64,000 bases of DNA, taken from Chrysomallon squamiferum (taxonomy: Eukaryota > Animalia > Mollusca). How positions within the stretch are numbered: position 1 is the first letter of the stretch; every line of letters begins with the position of its first letter. Under the pieces are notes generated by a model, which searched no databases, was not told the DNA's origin, and saw only the letters and a program-made list of their open reading frames with translations. Of the stretch, positions 33,618 to 47,900 are shown in pieces. Where the stretch lies: NCBI GenBank assembly GCA_012295275.1, contig CM022679.1:15934001-15998000 (forward strand). Direction: 5' to 3'. Both the position numbers and the translations under genes were made by a program.

Positions 33618-36112
33618 CAATTTTGGTCTGTTATACATACCACTATTAATGTACTTGTATTAAATAATTAAACTATATAACATTTAAATGATAACATTAA
33701 AAATTTTCATTCACTCATACGCTTTAAATATTTTCTAAAAAAAAAACATTCTATTTTATATATTAAAAAAATGACAGAAATCTATTTGATTTATAATACC
33801 TATCTCGATCTTTTCATGCATGTATACATTTTTTTTTCTCCATTTAAAAAATAATAACAAAAACAACACAAAAGCTGACACATTTATTTATGACTTAATC
33901 ACACAAAGATTTAAATGCCATCCATTTTTATACGGCCAACCATTAACGCTTTATGAACGCTCGTACACTGATAAAAAATAAATCTTTCATTGACATATCA
34001 GTAAATTCTACATATAACAGAAGATCTCTTTATTTATATGTTATAATCGAAACTAAATGTAAAATTATAACCTTCTTTATCTGACACTGGCACAAAACTG
34101 TTCTGCCTCTTTTTACGGATATATAGGCCTAAGGTCTGCCATAGCTTCCAAGCTCTATACCTCTCTACCTCTTCACACTTGTTGCCATACCTTAGCCACG
34201 CCCTTCCACTCTTTGTCTACTTACTTTACGATTACCGCTTGTGTTATTTCTACAGAAACGGTAAACAGATGATGTTTGTTATGTAAACTGTTGCAGAGAC
34301 TGATAATAATTGGACGTATTAACGAATGTTTCATTTAATTAGCTAGACGTCTTTGAGCCAATAAATTTCCGTTAGTATTTATATTTAGTGTGAACGTTAA
34401 TGATTTTTAACACCCTCCTGTCGACATTCGTAATATTTTACTCGGTCCTCCGTAATCGTAAATAAGATTTAGCCATTGTTTATGTGAAGGAAGACTTCAT
34501 CTTGCTGGGTTTTATTTAACTTGTGGAGAAAACATCCTAACAGAATGATCAGAGCATCTTGATATGTTGCAGAGGCAGTACTCTTCGGTGCGGCCTTTAT
34601 TCAGTTCCCCGTGATAACCTGATTGTCAAACATATATTCATTCCCGTGTATAAAAAAAATCCCAAGCTATTAACAGATAACAATAGTTCACAGATAAGAA
34701 TAGTACATTGATTTTATTTCCATAATTATTTCTTCTTATTTTTTTTTTTGTTTCTTTATTTTTTTCTTTCCGTTTATCTTTCTTCTTTTCCTTATACAAA
34801 TCATACGTATAAATTCAAGCTAAAAATAAGAAAATAAAGAAATCAAAGTACGTAACAACAGAAGAGAAAATGTTACGAAATTACTGCATTGATTATAACA
34901 ACAACGTACAAAAGATACAATTGCTGTGCCAATTTTCTAACTGAAATCAAAGTGGAAACATCACTGAAGTTCTGAAAGAGCAGTCATTTCAGTAATATGT
35001 TCCTGTAATTGTATTTGACTAGTTTTTGAACGCGGAGGTTAAAAGGGTCTCGTGTGAAGTCTTATTAAAACGAGTGTCTGCCCGGGGCAGGGACGGCTGA
35101 TTTAATGCACTCTGACCAGTCAATTTTATTGATCAATTTACGTGATTCAAGTCAAAAGGTCGAATCGTCATTTTGTGAAAAGAAGCCGAACGATGTACAA
35201 GGAATATAAGTCAACATGAGTTACGTCTGGAAAGTAGAAACTGTAAAACGAAATAAGAAGATTAGCAATGAACTGACGAACGAACGAACGAATGGACGAA
35301 TGAATGAATCAATCAATCAACGCGTATTTGTCTAATTATAATTCAATATATTTTATGCATCAGTTATTCTCTTGTGACAGTGATATCACACACGAACACA
35401 ACAGTTAAGGACAGGCAGCAAGGGATCTTTTGTACTCAAGTTTTCAAAGTCAAAAAATAATTATATATAGCGAAAGGAAAAGAGACAATGAAAGTTAGGA
35501 TTTTAGTAGTAGCAGTAGTAGAGGTGGTGGTGATGTGGTGGTGTGTCTGATTGTAGTTATTGTTTTGGTGAATACTAGATGAGGTATAAGAGACAAGGAG
35601 CAAGAGAGCTGTTATTGCTATGTGTGATTTATTATTATTTCATTATATGCTTCATTTGTTCTGAGCTGGATCAAATTCGATATTTCCATACCAGTAAAAT
35701 ATGCTTCAGAGATTTCATTAGTGTAAATGAATTACCACTGATTGCTTGTTTGTGTTTCTGTTTGTTGAATGTAATGACTAAATGAGTCGACATTACTGAA
35801 CTGGTTATGAAGACACTAATTATGCTGTAATGGGGAATTACTGATACTAACTGATGTAACAGAATACCTAGTACACTGAGATAACCTTCCTTGCTTTGTT
35901 TAACGACAAACTGTCGTCATTTAAACTACTCAAGGGACTCTTTGTTAGTTTCTTGATTATCTCTTTATTTTTCTTCTTTTCTTTCTTTCTTTATTTCTTT
36001 ATTTCAGTATTGTATTTCTTTATTTATTTATTTATTTATTCATTAATTAATTATGTTTTTAAATGTTTATATATTTGTATGTTTTAATTAAATTTATTAT
36101 TATTACTAACAA

Positions 36113-36173
<61 letters not shown>

Positions 36174-36261
36174 TATATATTTATTTATTTACTTTATTTT
36201 ATTTTTTATTTTATTTTTCTGTTTGTTTTATTCAGTTTTTAATATCACTTTTTCTTTACAC

Positions 36262-36361
<100 letters not shown>

Positions 36362-36685
36362 CTTGATTTAGATAATATATGCCTCCAGTTTTACATAATT
36401 ATTGATACACAGACGTACATACACCCAGACAGAGATAGGTGGAGGGAAAATTTGTTATTTTCCACTTACAAACATACGTGATAAAACTGTACTGAAGACG
36501 AGCGTTTTGTTAAGTCCTGAAAGACACAATATTCTATTTAAACATAAACACATTTCAGAACATTTCCTGGAAGTATTGATATTTTGACTCTAACTGTAGC
36601 ACTTTTCAACTTCTTTTATGTTATATTTTATTGAATTTCAGACTCAGGTTTGTTCTTCACGATCGAAAGTTCATCAGACCTTAAC

Positions 36686-36790
36686 TTAAAGGCGTCGACT
36701 CACAATGCGACAAATGTTACAATCTGGGAGTTAAAACAAATCACACGTATTCAGTAAACCACATGTCGCGTAGTGAGAACTCTTCTTTAA
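36686..36790. mobile_element. Possible very short MITE-like foldback
   Basis: TTAAAG...CTCACAATGCGACA at the left and TGTCGCGTAGTGAG...CTTTAA at the right are imperfect inverted termini. Confidence 0.3.
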
Positions 36791-37137
36791 ACTTGGAATG
36801 TGTTGCTCTGGTCTTGTTTTATGGTTTTGGTGTATTTCAGAAAAACTGCGAATCATATGTGCTAATTTACTAGCAAAAGGTCAGGATAAAAACACATTTT
36901 GACTCTTCTTTTTCAAATATTTGCAAAATATAATAAAACATAGAGGCTTGCTAAAAGAAAGTTGCTGTTCAGAAAATGTATTTAATTTACAATTACGTAA
37001 CTTACACGCATACATATTTAAATATACATACACTCAGAAGCATATATACAAAGACACAGTCAGACACACAGAGATATACGCATATACACATACATACCTA
37101 CATATACATTACATATACATATACATACATACATATA

Positions 37138-37171
<34 letters not shown>

Positions 37172-37243
37172 CCACAAGAACACAGATGCACGCAAAAATG
37201 ACGAAAGGCAAAGACTGTTTTTCTTCTTGGGAAGGTTGTTTTG

Positions 37244-37376
37244 ATGGCCGAACGGGGTGCGGGCGAATATGTGCCATGCGTTCGAATCTCGTCAGCGACA
37301 TCTGAGGAGTTCATGAGGTCGTGATTGGACTTTGTCCTCCTGTGCCAGTGCGTTACCTAATATTGTCTTATGTGCA
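37244..37376 (+). mobile_element. tRNA-derived SINE-like element, copy A
   Basis: TGGCCGAA (A-box-like) ... GTTCGAATCTCG (B-box-like) followed by a body shared with 37812-37980 (minus) and 60702-60815. Confidence 0.65.
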
Positions 37377-37811
37377 TGCATAAATTCATTTATTTTATTT
37401 TATACTATTTTGCTCTTAATTTTCTCTTCTTTTTTTAAAAAATGTGGCTAAAAGTTTTCTGGGATAATAAATCATGATAAATTGACAGAGATGATAAATG
37501 ACTGCTAACCAGAGTGAAATCAAAACCACCTCCTCTTTCAGTTACACGGCACCTACTCAGAACGTTTTATACACAGTCACTGACTTACTAGAATAGGTTA
37601 TTAACACGTTCAGGGAGTTAGTTCCCTGTCTAGATTTAAATTAATAATAATAACAGTATTAACAGCTACAACAATGATGATGATGATGATGAAGATGATG
37701 ATGATAAATAATTTATATATGTATGCATGCATGTTTGTATATGTGTACATATGTACATATGTATGTATGTATGTATGTAATTTTATGATTTTTGAATATT
37801 CTCTATCTTAG

Positions 37812-37980
37812 TACGTCTGATTAGACTCTGCATATAGACAATATTGGGTAATGCACTGGTACAGGAGGACAAAGCTCAATCACAACTTCACAAACCCGTC
37901 AGATGCCGCTGACAAGACTTGAACGTATGACACCCATTCGCCCGCACTCCGAAGGCGGACGATGCTACCTTTCGGCCATG
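37812..37980 (-). mobile_element. tRNA-derived SINE-like element, copy B (most complete head)
   Basis: Reverse complement: TGGCCGAAAGGTAGCATCGTCCGCCTTCGGAGTGCGGGCGAATGG...GTTCAAGTCTTGTCAGCGGCATCTGA...TTTGTCCTCCTGTACCAGTGCATTACCCAATATTGTCTATATGCAGAGTCTAATCAGACG. Confidence 0.65.
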
Positions 37981-39785
37981 CATGTATGTATGTATGTATG
38001 TATGTATGTATGTATGTATGTATGTATGTATGTATGTATGTATGTATGTATGTATGTATGTATGTATGCATGCATGCATGTATGTATGTTAGTGTGTAAT
38101 GTGTTATTAATATCAATATATGAGTTAATCTGTATCTGTGTTTATATCTGCGTTGGTCTGTGTATGTGTGTGTGTTTCTGAATTGAATATTTCTGTGTTT
38201 TTCTTATGACATAATTAATTTTAGTGAAATACGATATTTATTAATAACTTTACAACGAACAAGATTTGTCTCATTCCTTGTAATATCTTGTAATATCTTG
38301 TAATATCAGTTTAATAATTTTAATATTTTATGTGATACTTAATAATATATTTATAAGTATCTTACCCCCACTGCTAAAGGTTTTTTGAGTTTGACTAAAA
38401 GGAGACGTCAAAGCCACGACTGGGCCCTTTGAATTTTATTGCTAGTTTGGCAAAACATTATTTACAAAAGACTGTATTATACATATCGACCATTAAAATT
38501 GTAGAGAATACCCGTTATTGTTTAATTAAGTAATGAATATTAAATAAATAGCTGCATATAAAATAATATTTGGAATATTATTTACAAAATCGTAATATAA
38601 TTATTTCAGTTCCAGGACAGTTTTGTTGCTTGTAAACTGAGAAAGGCAATAATGTGTCAGAATTCATTTGTTTCAGAAATAAATGCAGTTCATTGATTTT
38701 AGATTGAATTTCACCAAAAGAAGATGAGGTCCATGTTACTGCATGCATAGTTAATTACTGCTGTATCCTGTAATTCAACCTGCGTTAACGTCTTAAGTAT
38801 GAATAAAGTCAAGTAGTAATTTGATTGTTAATTTTAGTGTCTGTCCTATGCAGATACTCGGCTAAGGGTAGAAATTCGATATCTTCTTCCACTGACGTCA
38901 GATCCAGCTCAAAACAGATACGTGATATTTCATAAAATCACAGGGGGCAAGAAGGCTATGATAAAGGGACAAAAAGGTCCATGCAAGGAGTTTTGCCATG
39001 TATCAATCAATTTTCTTTTAAAAAACAAATGAAATTATTCACGTCTGTCTATATCAGTCAATCATGGAAAAAGGTTGAAACAATTTGTTTCATTTGCTGT
39101 GTAGACTGTGGAATTAAATAAATAAAGCGCGAAATTTACTAAAATCATGAAATAATAAGTTAAATTGAATCTGTTAAGTAAAATAAACAACTAAGTGAAT
39201 AAATGATATTTACAATTTTTTGCCCCACCTTATCCTGACATGAAAATGAGGAAAACAAAATATCGAACAGCATCAACAGAACAACATCAACAACAACAAC
39301 AACAACAGTAGTAATAATAATAATAGGGAAAGAAGAAAAGAAAAAATACAATATAAAAGTTTTGGTTTTTCGACTCCATTTCGTTGCCATAAGAACTCAG
39401 TTGAGATGATGAAATAGTACAGAGTAATTATCCAATAAAACTAATATGAACCAAAAGAAATCTTTTAAATTAATGAATAACGCATTAGCCTAGTTCGTGT
39501 GGATCAGCTTTAGTGAATATTACTATGGAGACAAATATATAATAAATGTCAATGCAGATTAAGATATTAATTTTTTATATGGTAATTGCTGATAGCTAAA
39601 ATGCATACAACAAATCTTTATTAACATTGAATATTCAAGCGTATTATCAAATAATAAATTTTAAAGTTTAAATTTATTTAATACATTGATGATACATTCT
39701 TAATTAATGTTCGAAAATAAAGTGTCGAAAATTCAAATGTCGTTATACGTCGAATATTCGATACCTAGTTATAAGTCATATATAA

Positions 39786-39848
<63 letters not shown>

Positions 39849-41007
39849 TATTCAGACCCAAGTGTTCTTTAAAGAATGATAATTGTCGCTAACTCCAAGG
39901 ATGTTAATCACAGTCATAAACAAGGATGTTAGGAAATGTTGAAATTATGAAAAATTATTAGAGGTCCACTTAGGATTGATGCTTGGAAATTACGAACAAT
40001 ATTATGATGATGATGATGATGGTGATGAATTATTTATTTATTTAAAATTTTCGATGCAAAAGTGAAGGATGTGTTTAAGAAGAAATGTTATTAGAATGAA
40101 CAAAGAGATCAAATGTTTTCGTGCTGTTATCTAATTACGTGTTGTTTTCCACGAAATTGAGACTAATAACAACTAAATGGAAAGCGTATCACATCCTGAT
40201 CTACTGGGATTTGTGAACGTAAATACCTCGTCTCCGGTTTCTACATACTTCGAAAACAAACCGTTAACATCACATTTCAACCTCTGGTACGTCGCTAACA
40301 TGTGAGGAACGATGTTGTGACTTGAAGTTTTATTTTTAAAATAACCAGTTTTGACATTTGTCATATAATCGCCGTCTGCAATCAGTTCAAACCCAGCAAG
40401 TGTTGTGTGGAATAATTACCACTGAAGAAAAATCTATTTCTTGTCCTGCCATTAGATTGTTCAGAGAAGGCTTTCGCTTTCAGATTGTTTCTGCTGCGTG
40501 TTTGAATCTTCTTCTGATCATATTCCATTTCAAAGCGATTTGTCTGCGTGCCCGAAACGTCCAGCCTGGTTAAAGATATTTTTATCTTCTCTTTGACCTT
40601 ACTGAAATTGGATTTGTGCTTTTTAATATTGTTATTTACACGGATGTATAAAAGGGGCAAGTTTGGAAAGATTAAAATGTCATGTTCAGTGATTCTAGTA
40701 TATCTGATTTCTGTGTTGATTATTCTGTTGAACTGGTTTAGCAATGCAGTAAACAGAGATAGACAAAGAAACAGAAAGAGGGAATCAGAGAGAGAAAGAG
40801 AGATACAGACAAGCAGACAGAGAGAGAGATACAGAAAGACAGACAGAGAGATACAGACAGACAGACAGACATAAAGAGATATAGACAGAAAGAGAGAGAG
40901 ATACAGACAGAGAAAAAGATACAGACAGACAGACAGACAGAGAGATACAGACAGACAGAGATAAAGAGATACAGACAGACAAACAGACAGAGAGAGATAC
41001 AGACAGA

Positions 41008-41105
<98 letters not shown>

Positions 41106-41532
41106 CTTTTAAGAAAATAATTACAAAATTTAGTTTCGGCTTCTTGTTCAAACTGTTTACAATTCTTTACCGCCTGTTTATATTTCTCTTTTCTGTCTAT
41201 AAATAGAATGTTTTTTAACACCCGGAGCTAAAAATACCCTCGTTTTACAATCTTATCTGATGAATCAGTGAGTGTATATTTATGTAAATCCCCTGTGAAG
41301 TATCACGACGTCTCAAACTCGTATCACACAGAAATTCTTTTGACAACACTTAAAATCAGTTCCGGTACGAGTATGAAATATAATGACATTTTTCTCAAAT
41401 ATTTTGCTGATACCTAATTTTAAAACAGCCACAAATTTCTAAATAGCTTCACAAATTCCGGACAAGGCTATGTTATACGGTTAGTAATTATCCTCATCTT
41501 TTTCTTCTTCGTTGATATTATCATCATTATTA

Positions 41533-41584
<52 letters not shown>

Positions 41585-42421
41585 CATCATTATTATTATT
41601 ATTATTGTTATTATTATTATTATCATTATTATTATTATTGTTATTATGATTATTATTATTATTATTATTATTATTCGTAATTGTATCAGTAATTGCAGTA
41701 CAGCACCCAGTCACTATTAACAGTAGTAGTAGTGTAGTCGTAATACAGCAATAGTAATAGTGGTAGTTGTTCTTGTAACATTAGTGTTAGAAATAGTAAT
41801 ATAGTAATAGTATTAGTAGTTATAGCAGCTGTACCAATAGACTTTAGTACTGATGGTGGTATCGTTGTTGTAGTTGTTTGTTTGTTATGCTACCATTACG
41901 TTGTTGTTGTTTTTTTATATTATTGTTGTTGTTGTTGTTGTTGTTATTATTATTATTTATAAAATTATTATTATTATTACTGTTGCTGTTGTTGCTGTTG
42001 TTGCTGTTGAATCCATGTTTACGGCTAAAAGGTACAGAAGCACTCTTTCTATGCACACAGTATTACTTCTATTACTCTAAGTACATGGCGAGTATTAAAG
42101 CTGATTTAAAACATAATACACAATGAACTTCTTTGATGAAAGCTGTGTTGTACATCACACAGAGATGCCAGCTTGATTCATGACGTATCGAGAAAAATAT
42201 TAGCCAACGTGACATCTTTGTGACAAGTTTAAACATCCTTTCTTCTGCTTCCTGAAAGGAAAAAAATAAAATGACGAAACGGTCACAGAAGGATATGTGT
42301 ACTATTTTATATGACGATATATGCCAGAAGAGAATTGAAAAATTGAAGCTTCAGCCTATTTCACTACTATTAAAGAGTGCGATGCGTTTTTATGAAGACG
42401 AATTTTATGGTTTATACAAAC

Positions 42422-42454
<33 letters not shown>

Positions 42455-44544
42455 AATAAATGTTAAAAATATTTCGAGTATCTTGAATGTGGATATAACC
42501 ATGTAATGAATTTAAATACAGAAGCGTAAATCCTTTTTAATGTTATAAAAAAAAATGCAAAGTATTTTATAAAGACTTTTTGTAGAGTTGTTCTACTTTA
42601 ATATGACGATCATACAGTCGATCTCTATTTATCGAACAAAAGTGGAAAAAAGTTGTCCAGAAAGTAAAAAACATATTTGTTATAAACAGCACAAACATTA
42701 ACAATGTAGAATAATATATAGAGCCAATTTTACTTTAAATTCACACTGTGTGAATAATGTAAACAGAAACATAAATAGGATAAAAGTGAGTCATTGTGAA
42801 GCAACCAAGGTATAAAGTAAAAAAAGAAATAAAAAATCCCACTCAAAAAGTAAAATAATATTATATATGCACGCATGGATAAATACATTCACACATAAGC
42901 ATTCATATATACATTCACACATATAAACACAAACACACACACAAACGCATACACAAACACACTTATTATATATACATACATCATTTATATACATATATCA
43001 AACTTATAAGTATATAGATAAATACAGATAAATGTATATATGTATATATACGTATATACGACCACATATATACATTTACCATAGTATACTGAACAGTCAT
43101 AAGTAAATATTCAATTAAGAGATAAAAAAAAAAATCAGTCACATCAAACAGAATTCTACGACGACCTTTACCATAGTTTTTACAGTCTAGACTCTTAGGC
43201 TTCACTGTTAATTTTTCATATGCATGAACAGCAAACCATTATTGAAAGATGTGAAGCTTTGTGGTCAGCGTAAGAACTCTGTATTAGCAGGAACTGCCTG
43301 CAAGTACAAACACTGGTACATGTCAGTCTCTTCTGATAACCACCTTAATTGTAAAATGTTTCTCCAGGCAAGATGATAATTATAAATTTATCCCCGGGTC
43401 CAAACCAAATTACCACTGAGATTCAAACATAGGAACAAGATGAAATATTTTTCACATTTACCAAATTTGTGGAGCATTGCGAGATGACAAATAAAACCAG
43501 GTATGAACTGGTAGGGAAATAAGTCGTTTGTAATAAATGAATGACATTAGTTAACATTTGGATGAAGCCATCATCCCTCATTTCTATATTGTTAACACTA
43601 CTATTTTCTTTCATTTCTTCTTCTTCTTCTTTCTCTTCTTCTTCTTTATAGCGACGCTCATTTTAAATTGAAAGTTATAACCGCAATAAATTGTAGCACC
43701 TAACTTATTATAAAACCTTGGATGAATCCCTAATAAATATTATGTTCCTTTTTATCCCCTTTATTCCATTGTTTCTTTTGTTGTTGTTGTTGTTTTGCGT
43801 TCGAGCAAAATTTACAGTCCTGTGGTCATCATTGCCAATATTGATTTACGAACAGTTAGAGAAACGGATTTTAATTACTTCCGATGTAGTCTGGCTCACA
43901 GAGTTGTTTCAAACTGACTACTGGAACAGACGTTATGTCGGCACGTCCAGCTACATTTAAAATAAATTCACGTAACTTTGGATTAACTGGATCTTGATAA
44001 TGTATTAAACAGACCAATGGTAGCCATCGTAAAGGTGTTTTCTGTGAAAAACCCACGCTCCCGTTCACCCCCGTGCTGAATTGGTTTTAGAGTAGCTATG
44101 TATTTCAATACACCATGTTTATGACGTTGGTAATAGGTCGGCGGTCAGGATATTATTACTGAAAGAAAACCTAAGAGGATGCACAGCAGTTTATTTCTTT
44201 AGCATGTTTTATGTATCAATTTTCATATTGATTTCCATTTTTGATTATTTTTAATCTGTTTCTTCTTTTTATGTTCGTCATTATATCTAGTAACAGAACT
44301 TGTAAACAATAAACTGCTCTCTTTTGAGAAAATTACGAGAGAAAAAAATATAACTGGACTTAACGATTTTTCTCTCAGTAGCAAAGTCATGTGCTTCTGT
44401 GTGGGAAGGGAAACTCACTAAAGAAACTCTGTTTTTATAGCAATTTCTTTCTTTACCTTTCGCTTTTCTGTTTTTAAATTTCTGTCTTTAATAATGAAAA
44501 CGGTAAATTTTAGCCCATTAAATTATAAACTATCTTTAATGTTA

Positions 44545-44577
<33 letters not shown>

Positions 44578-44662
44578 GTTACTATTATTAATATTATTAT
44601 TATAATTATTATTATTATTTTATTATTATTATTATTACTGTTATTATTATTATTATTACAAA

Positions 44663-44713
<51 letters not shown>

Positions 44714-44781
44714 AAATATTATTATTATTGTTATTGTTAGTGTTACTATTAGTGTTATTATTACTACTATTATTACACTAG

Positions 44782-44923
44782 ACGTTGACTACAAGGCAGA
44801 CAGAACTAACGAGTCAGTGCTGGCGTTCAAGCCAGTGTTACAACTACTGTCCAGTCCCCCCACCAACCCCAACTACTCCGCGTGGCAGGATGCTGTGAGA
44901 GAGTACCTGTACCAGCCGCCCAT
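44782..44923 (+). pseudogene. Inverted partial duplicate of gene 1 exon 4 with its upstream intron flank
   Basis: 142 nt match the first 142 nt of exon 4 (11450-11309, minus strand) with 3 substitutions by eye. The acceptor cactAG and upstream (TTA)n/TTACTATTAGTGTTATTA flank are shared. The match stops at a run of 26 T. Confidence 0.9.
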
Positions 44924-47900
44924 TTTTTTTTTTTTTTTTTTTTTTTTTGAAGGTCTATCGAATTTCTTTTCCCAAAAGGTAACTATTGAAAAACGGCATC
45001 TAAAAATATCGTTTAGCTCGCACACACGATTAATCCGTTAGTAGGCGGATTGTCGCCCGTGTTTGATCACCAGACCAGATCAATATCTGAAGTCGATTCT
45101 AGTAATTTGATTCCAGCCAGTTAAATAGTTTAACCCTAGCGAAAATGAGGTTGTCGACTCCTTTTTTTTGTCGGCTTTTAAAGAGGTTTTATTCCCAGTC
45201 ACTGACAAAACTAAAAGCTGTTAATGATATAAACTTTACAAACGATAACATTATAAAGTGTAAAAAGAGGTTGGTATGATAATTTATTATCAGGAATAAT
45301 CATCGATAAATCTGTAATTGTTCTTACGAAATGTCACTTTGATTCGTATTCACTCAGATCTCAGTAATGAGTGATGGTCTGATCTGTTGGTGGTGAAAAT
45401 CACGTGATTTTCGTTAAGTAAGAATCATCATGTACTGTCGCTAATAGAAGGTGTGAATTCTGTCGAACCCGCAGTTTGATTCCCGGGATTGTTCCTCGCC
45501 TGTTTTCTTCTTCTTCGTTTTCTGAGCTGGTATAGCAGAAGATGTAGCAGGGCTGCTATTCCCCGTCACTTTCATCTTTTCAACTCTGCTGGGTAAAGCT
45601 AATAACAGCCGCAGATAGATAGAAACAGATACACTGTTCAGTAATATATTTAGCTGCATCAGATAAGAAAATATAATATTAATGATGATGGTGATGATGA
45701 CAATAACAACTACAGACTGATACTATACAACCACTTAACTGTATTTTCAAGTAATTTCTTATGAATGGTTGAAAAAGTATTGATGACCGTCCTAAAACCA
45801 ATCAAGCTGAGAACTGCAACAGAGAGTCTACATAAGGATGTAGCTATATATGAATAAATAGTCACCCAGTTAACTAATCTGGCCTATCGATCACGTGAAC
45901 CTGTTACCACGTTTAACATTCGAGACTGTCACGAGTCAAGGGTTAACGTTTAACACACGGGATTCCTCGTGAATGGAGAACTCTTGACATGTATTCATTT
46001 CACATCTCAAACCTGCAGTCGTTGAACACAAAATACACCACATCCTGCAGTCAGTGTATTAGGAATATTAACGTTTAGAAAATCACAGATGTCTGAGATC
46101 CAGTACGCATGTATTAACAAGACATGGAGTCATTTATTTTTTATTTATTTATGTATTTATTTATTAATTAGGGATTTTTGTTTGCATGTTGTTGTTGTTG
46201 TTTGTTTTGTTTGCTTCGGGGTTGTTTTTTATTTTTTTTTATTTTTTTTACCTAGTCATTAAAAACAAGAACAGGGGAATATTAGGTATATCAATTTTAA
46301 TGACTGACTTTATTGTTCAAAGGATGTACAGATATATACTATGTGAATAATGAGATACTCTAAATTCAGTTATAAAATAAATAGCAGTGTCTAAAGATAC
46401 AGCTGTTATAAAAACAACATGCCAAGTTTGACTGAAAAACGGATACATTTTTAAAATAATGCATAAATGACATTTCCAGTAGAAAACAAATCTATTATAC
46501 AATGCTGATTATAGGAAAAATCTCATTTGTTTTTCGTTCAGACAAACATCTATGTGGGATTCCACGAGAGAATTCTTTAAGACGATAACATATATGTCAT
46601 AATTTCTGAAAACTCAGATTATGACTTTTTTCTTTTTCTTTTTATAGCAACTAATACAGACCAACCCCACAGAGTATACTGTGAATTTATATTTGTGTAT
46701 TTTTTGTCTTCTGAGACTCATTTTAAAATCCCTGACTTCGTGTGCATCGAATATGGATAAAGTGTATTTTGTCTTGCTTTGTTTTGTAGTGGTGGTGCGG
46801 GGGTTGTGCGTTTTTTCGTGTTGTTGTTTTTTTGTGTTTTTATTTTTGATTTTTTTGTTGTTGTTGCTTGTTGTTTCTTATTGTTGTTGTTGTTGCTAAG
46901 GACTATGACTGTTTGTAAACAAAATGCTAAAGTACAGTTTAACGAAATGTTTTAGATGATCGCGATTAATGGAATATGTGCTCCAATTTATATGTGTATG
47001 TATGTATGTTATATACGTATGCATTATATATATAAATATATATGTATATACATGTGTGTGTATGTATATATGTATGTATATATATATATATATATATATT
47101 TATTTATTTATTTATACACGCATGTATATATACATATATGTGTCTGTATGTGTGGATGTGTGGATGTGTGGGTAGTATTCTATGTACGTGTATATTTATC
47201 TCTTTATGTGTAAAGTAAATATAGGTAAATAATAATATGAACTGACGACAAAAATTAATTAATTAATATTATTTTTATAAGAATGAATACAAAATTATCA
47301 TATTCTATTTAATATTCTGTCAGTCATTATCATCACCATCATTATCTTTATCATCATAATTGCAGTTGTTGTTAATTTTAACCTGGCTCTGAATAACAGC
47401 ATTACTACTTTCCTAACATCATAAAAACCTTTCATCGGTCATGTATAAAAACTGTCCTCCAGAAAGAATCGCTAAATAAAAGTCATTTGCGCAATATTAA
47501 CAGCAATTACCGTTTTACGTTGTGATATGACAATGGGCAAGTCTAAATACGGAATGGTTGCCGTGACTATTTTAATGCTGCTATCTCCTGTGACTTCGAG
47601 TCAAACGAGAAAAGTCATTAATCACCGCTTTTAATCTGTACATCTGTTTCTTCGACTTTGATGGATGAATCAAAAGTTAATGCGTATCCAAATGATTTCG
47701 AAATACGAAATGGTTCAAGAGAAATGCCGCATTCGGAAATCTAATGAAACAACCATAATAACCACAACAACAACAACAACAGCAATGACGACAACAACAA
47801 CAACAGTAAAAAAAATAATAATAATAATAATCTGTCACATACAGTAATATTATCAAATTCTGAATAAATAATTCATAAGAGATTTTTTTTTCTAAAGTTA

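Noticed and set aside
37812-37980. Functional tRNA gene
   Set aside because: A/B-box-like motifs are present but there is no convincing cloverleaf, and the head joins a body repeated elsewhere, which fits a SINE.
40382-41221. Longest ORF in the track (279 aa)
   Set aside because: Mostly (CT)n/(CTGT)n repeat, non-ATG start and no recognisable domain.
44817-45041. 74-aa ORF as a separate gene
   Set aside because: It is the truncated exon 4 duplicate reading into poly(T); it starts at GTG and has no partner exons.
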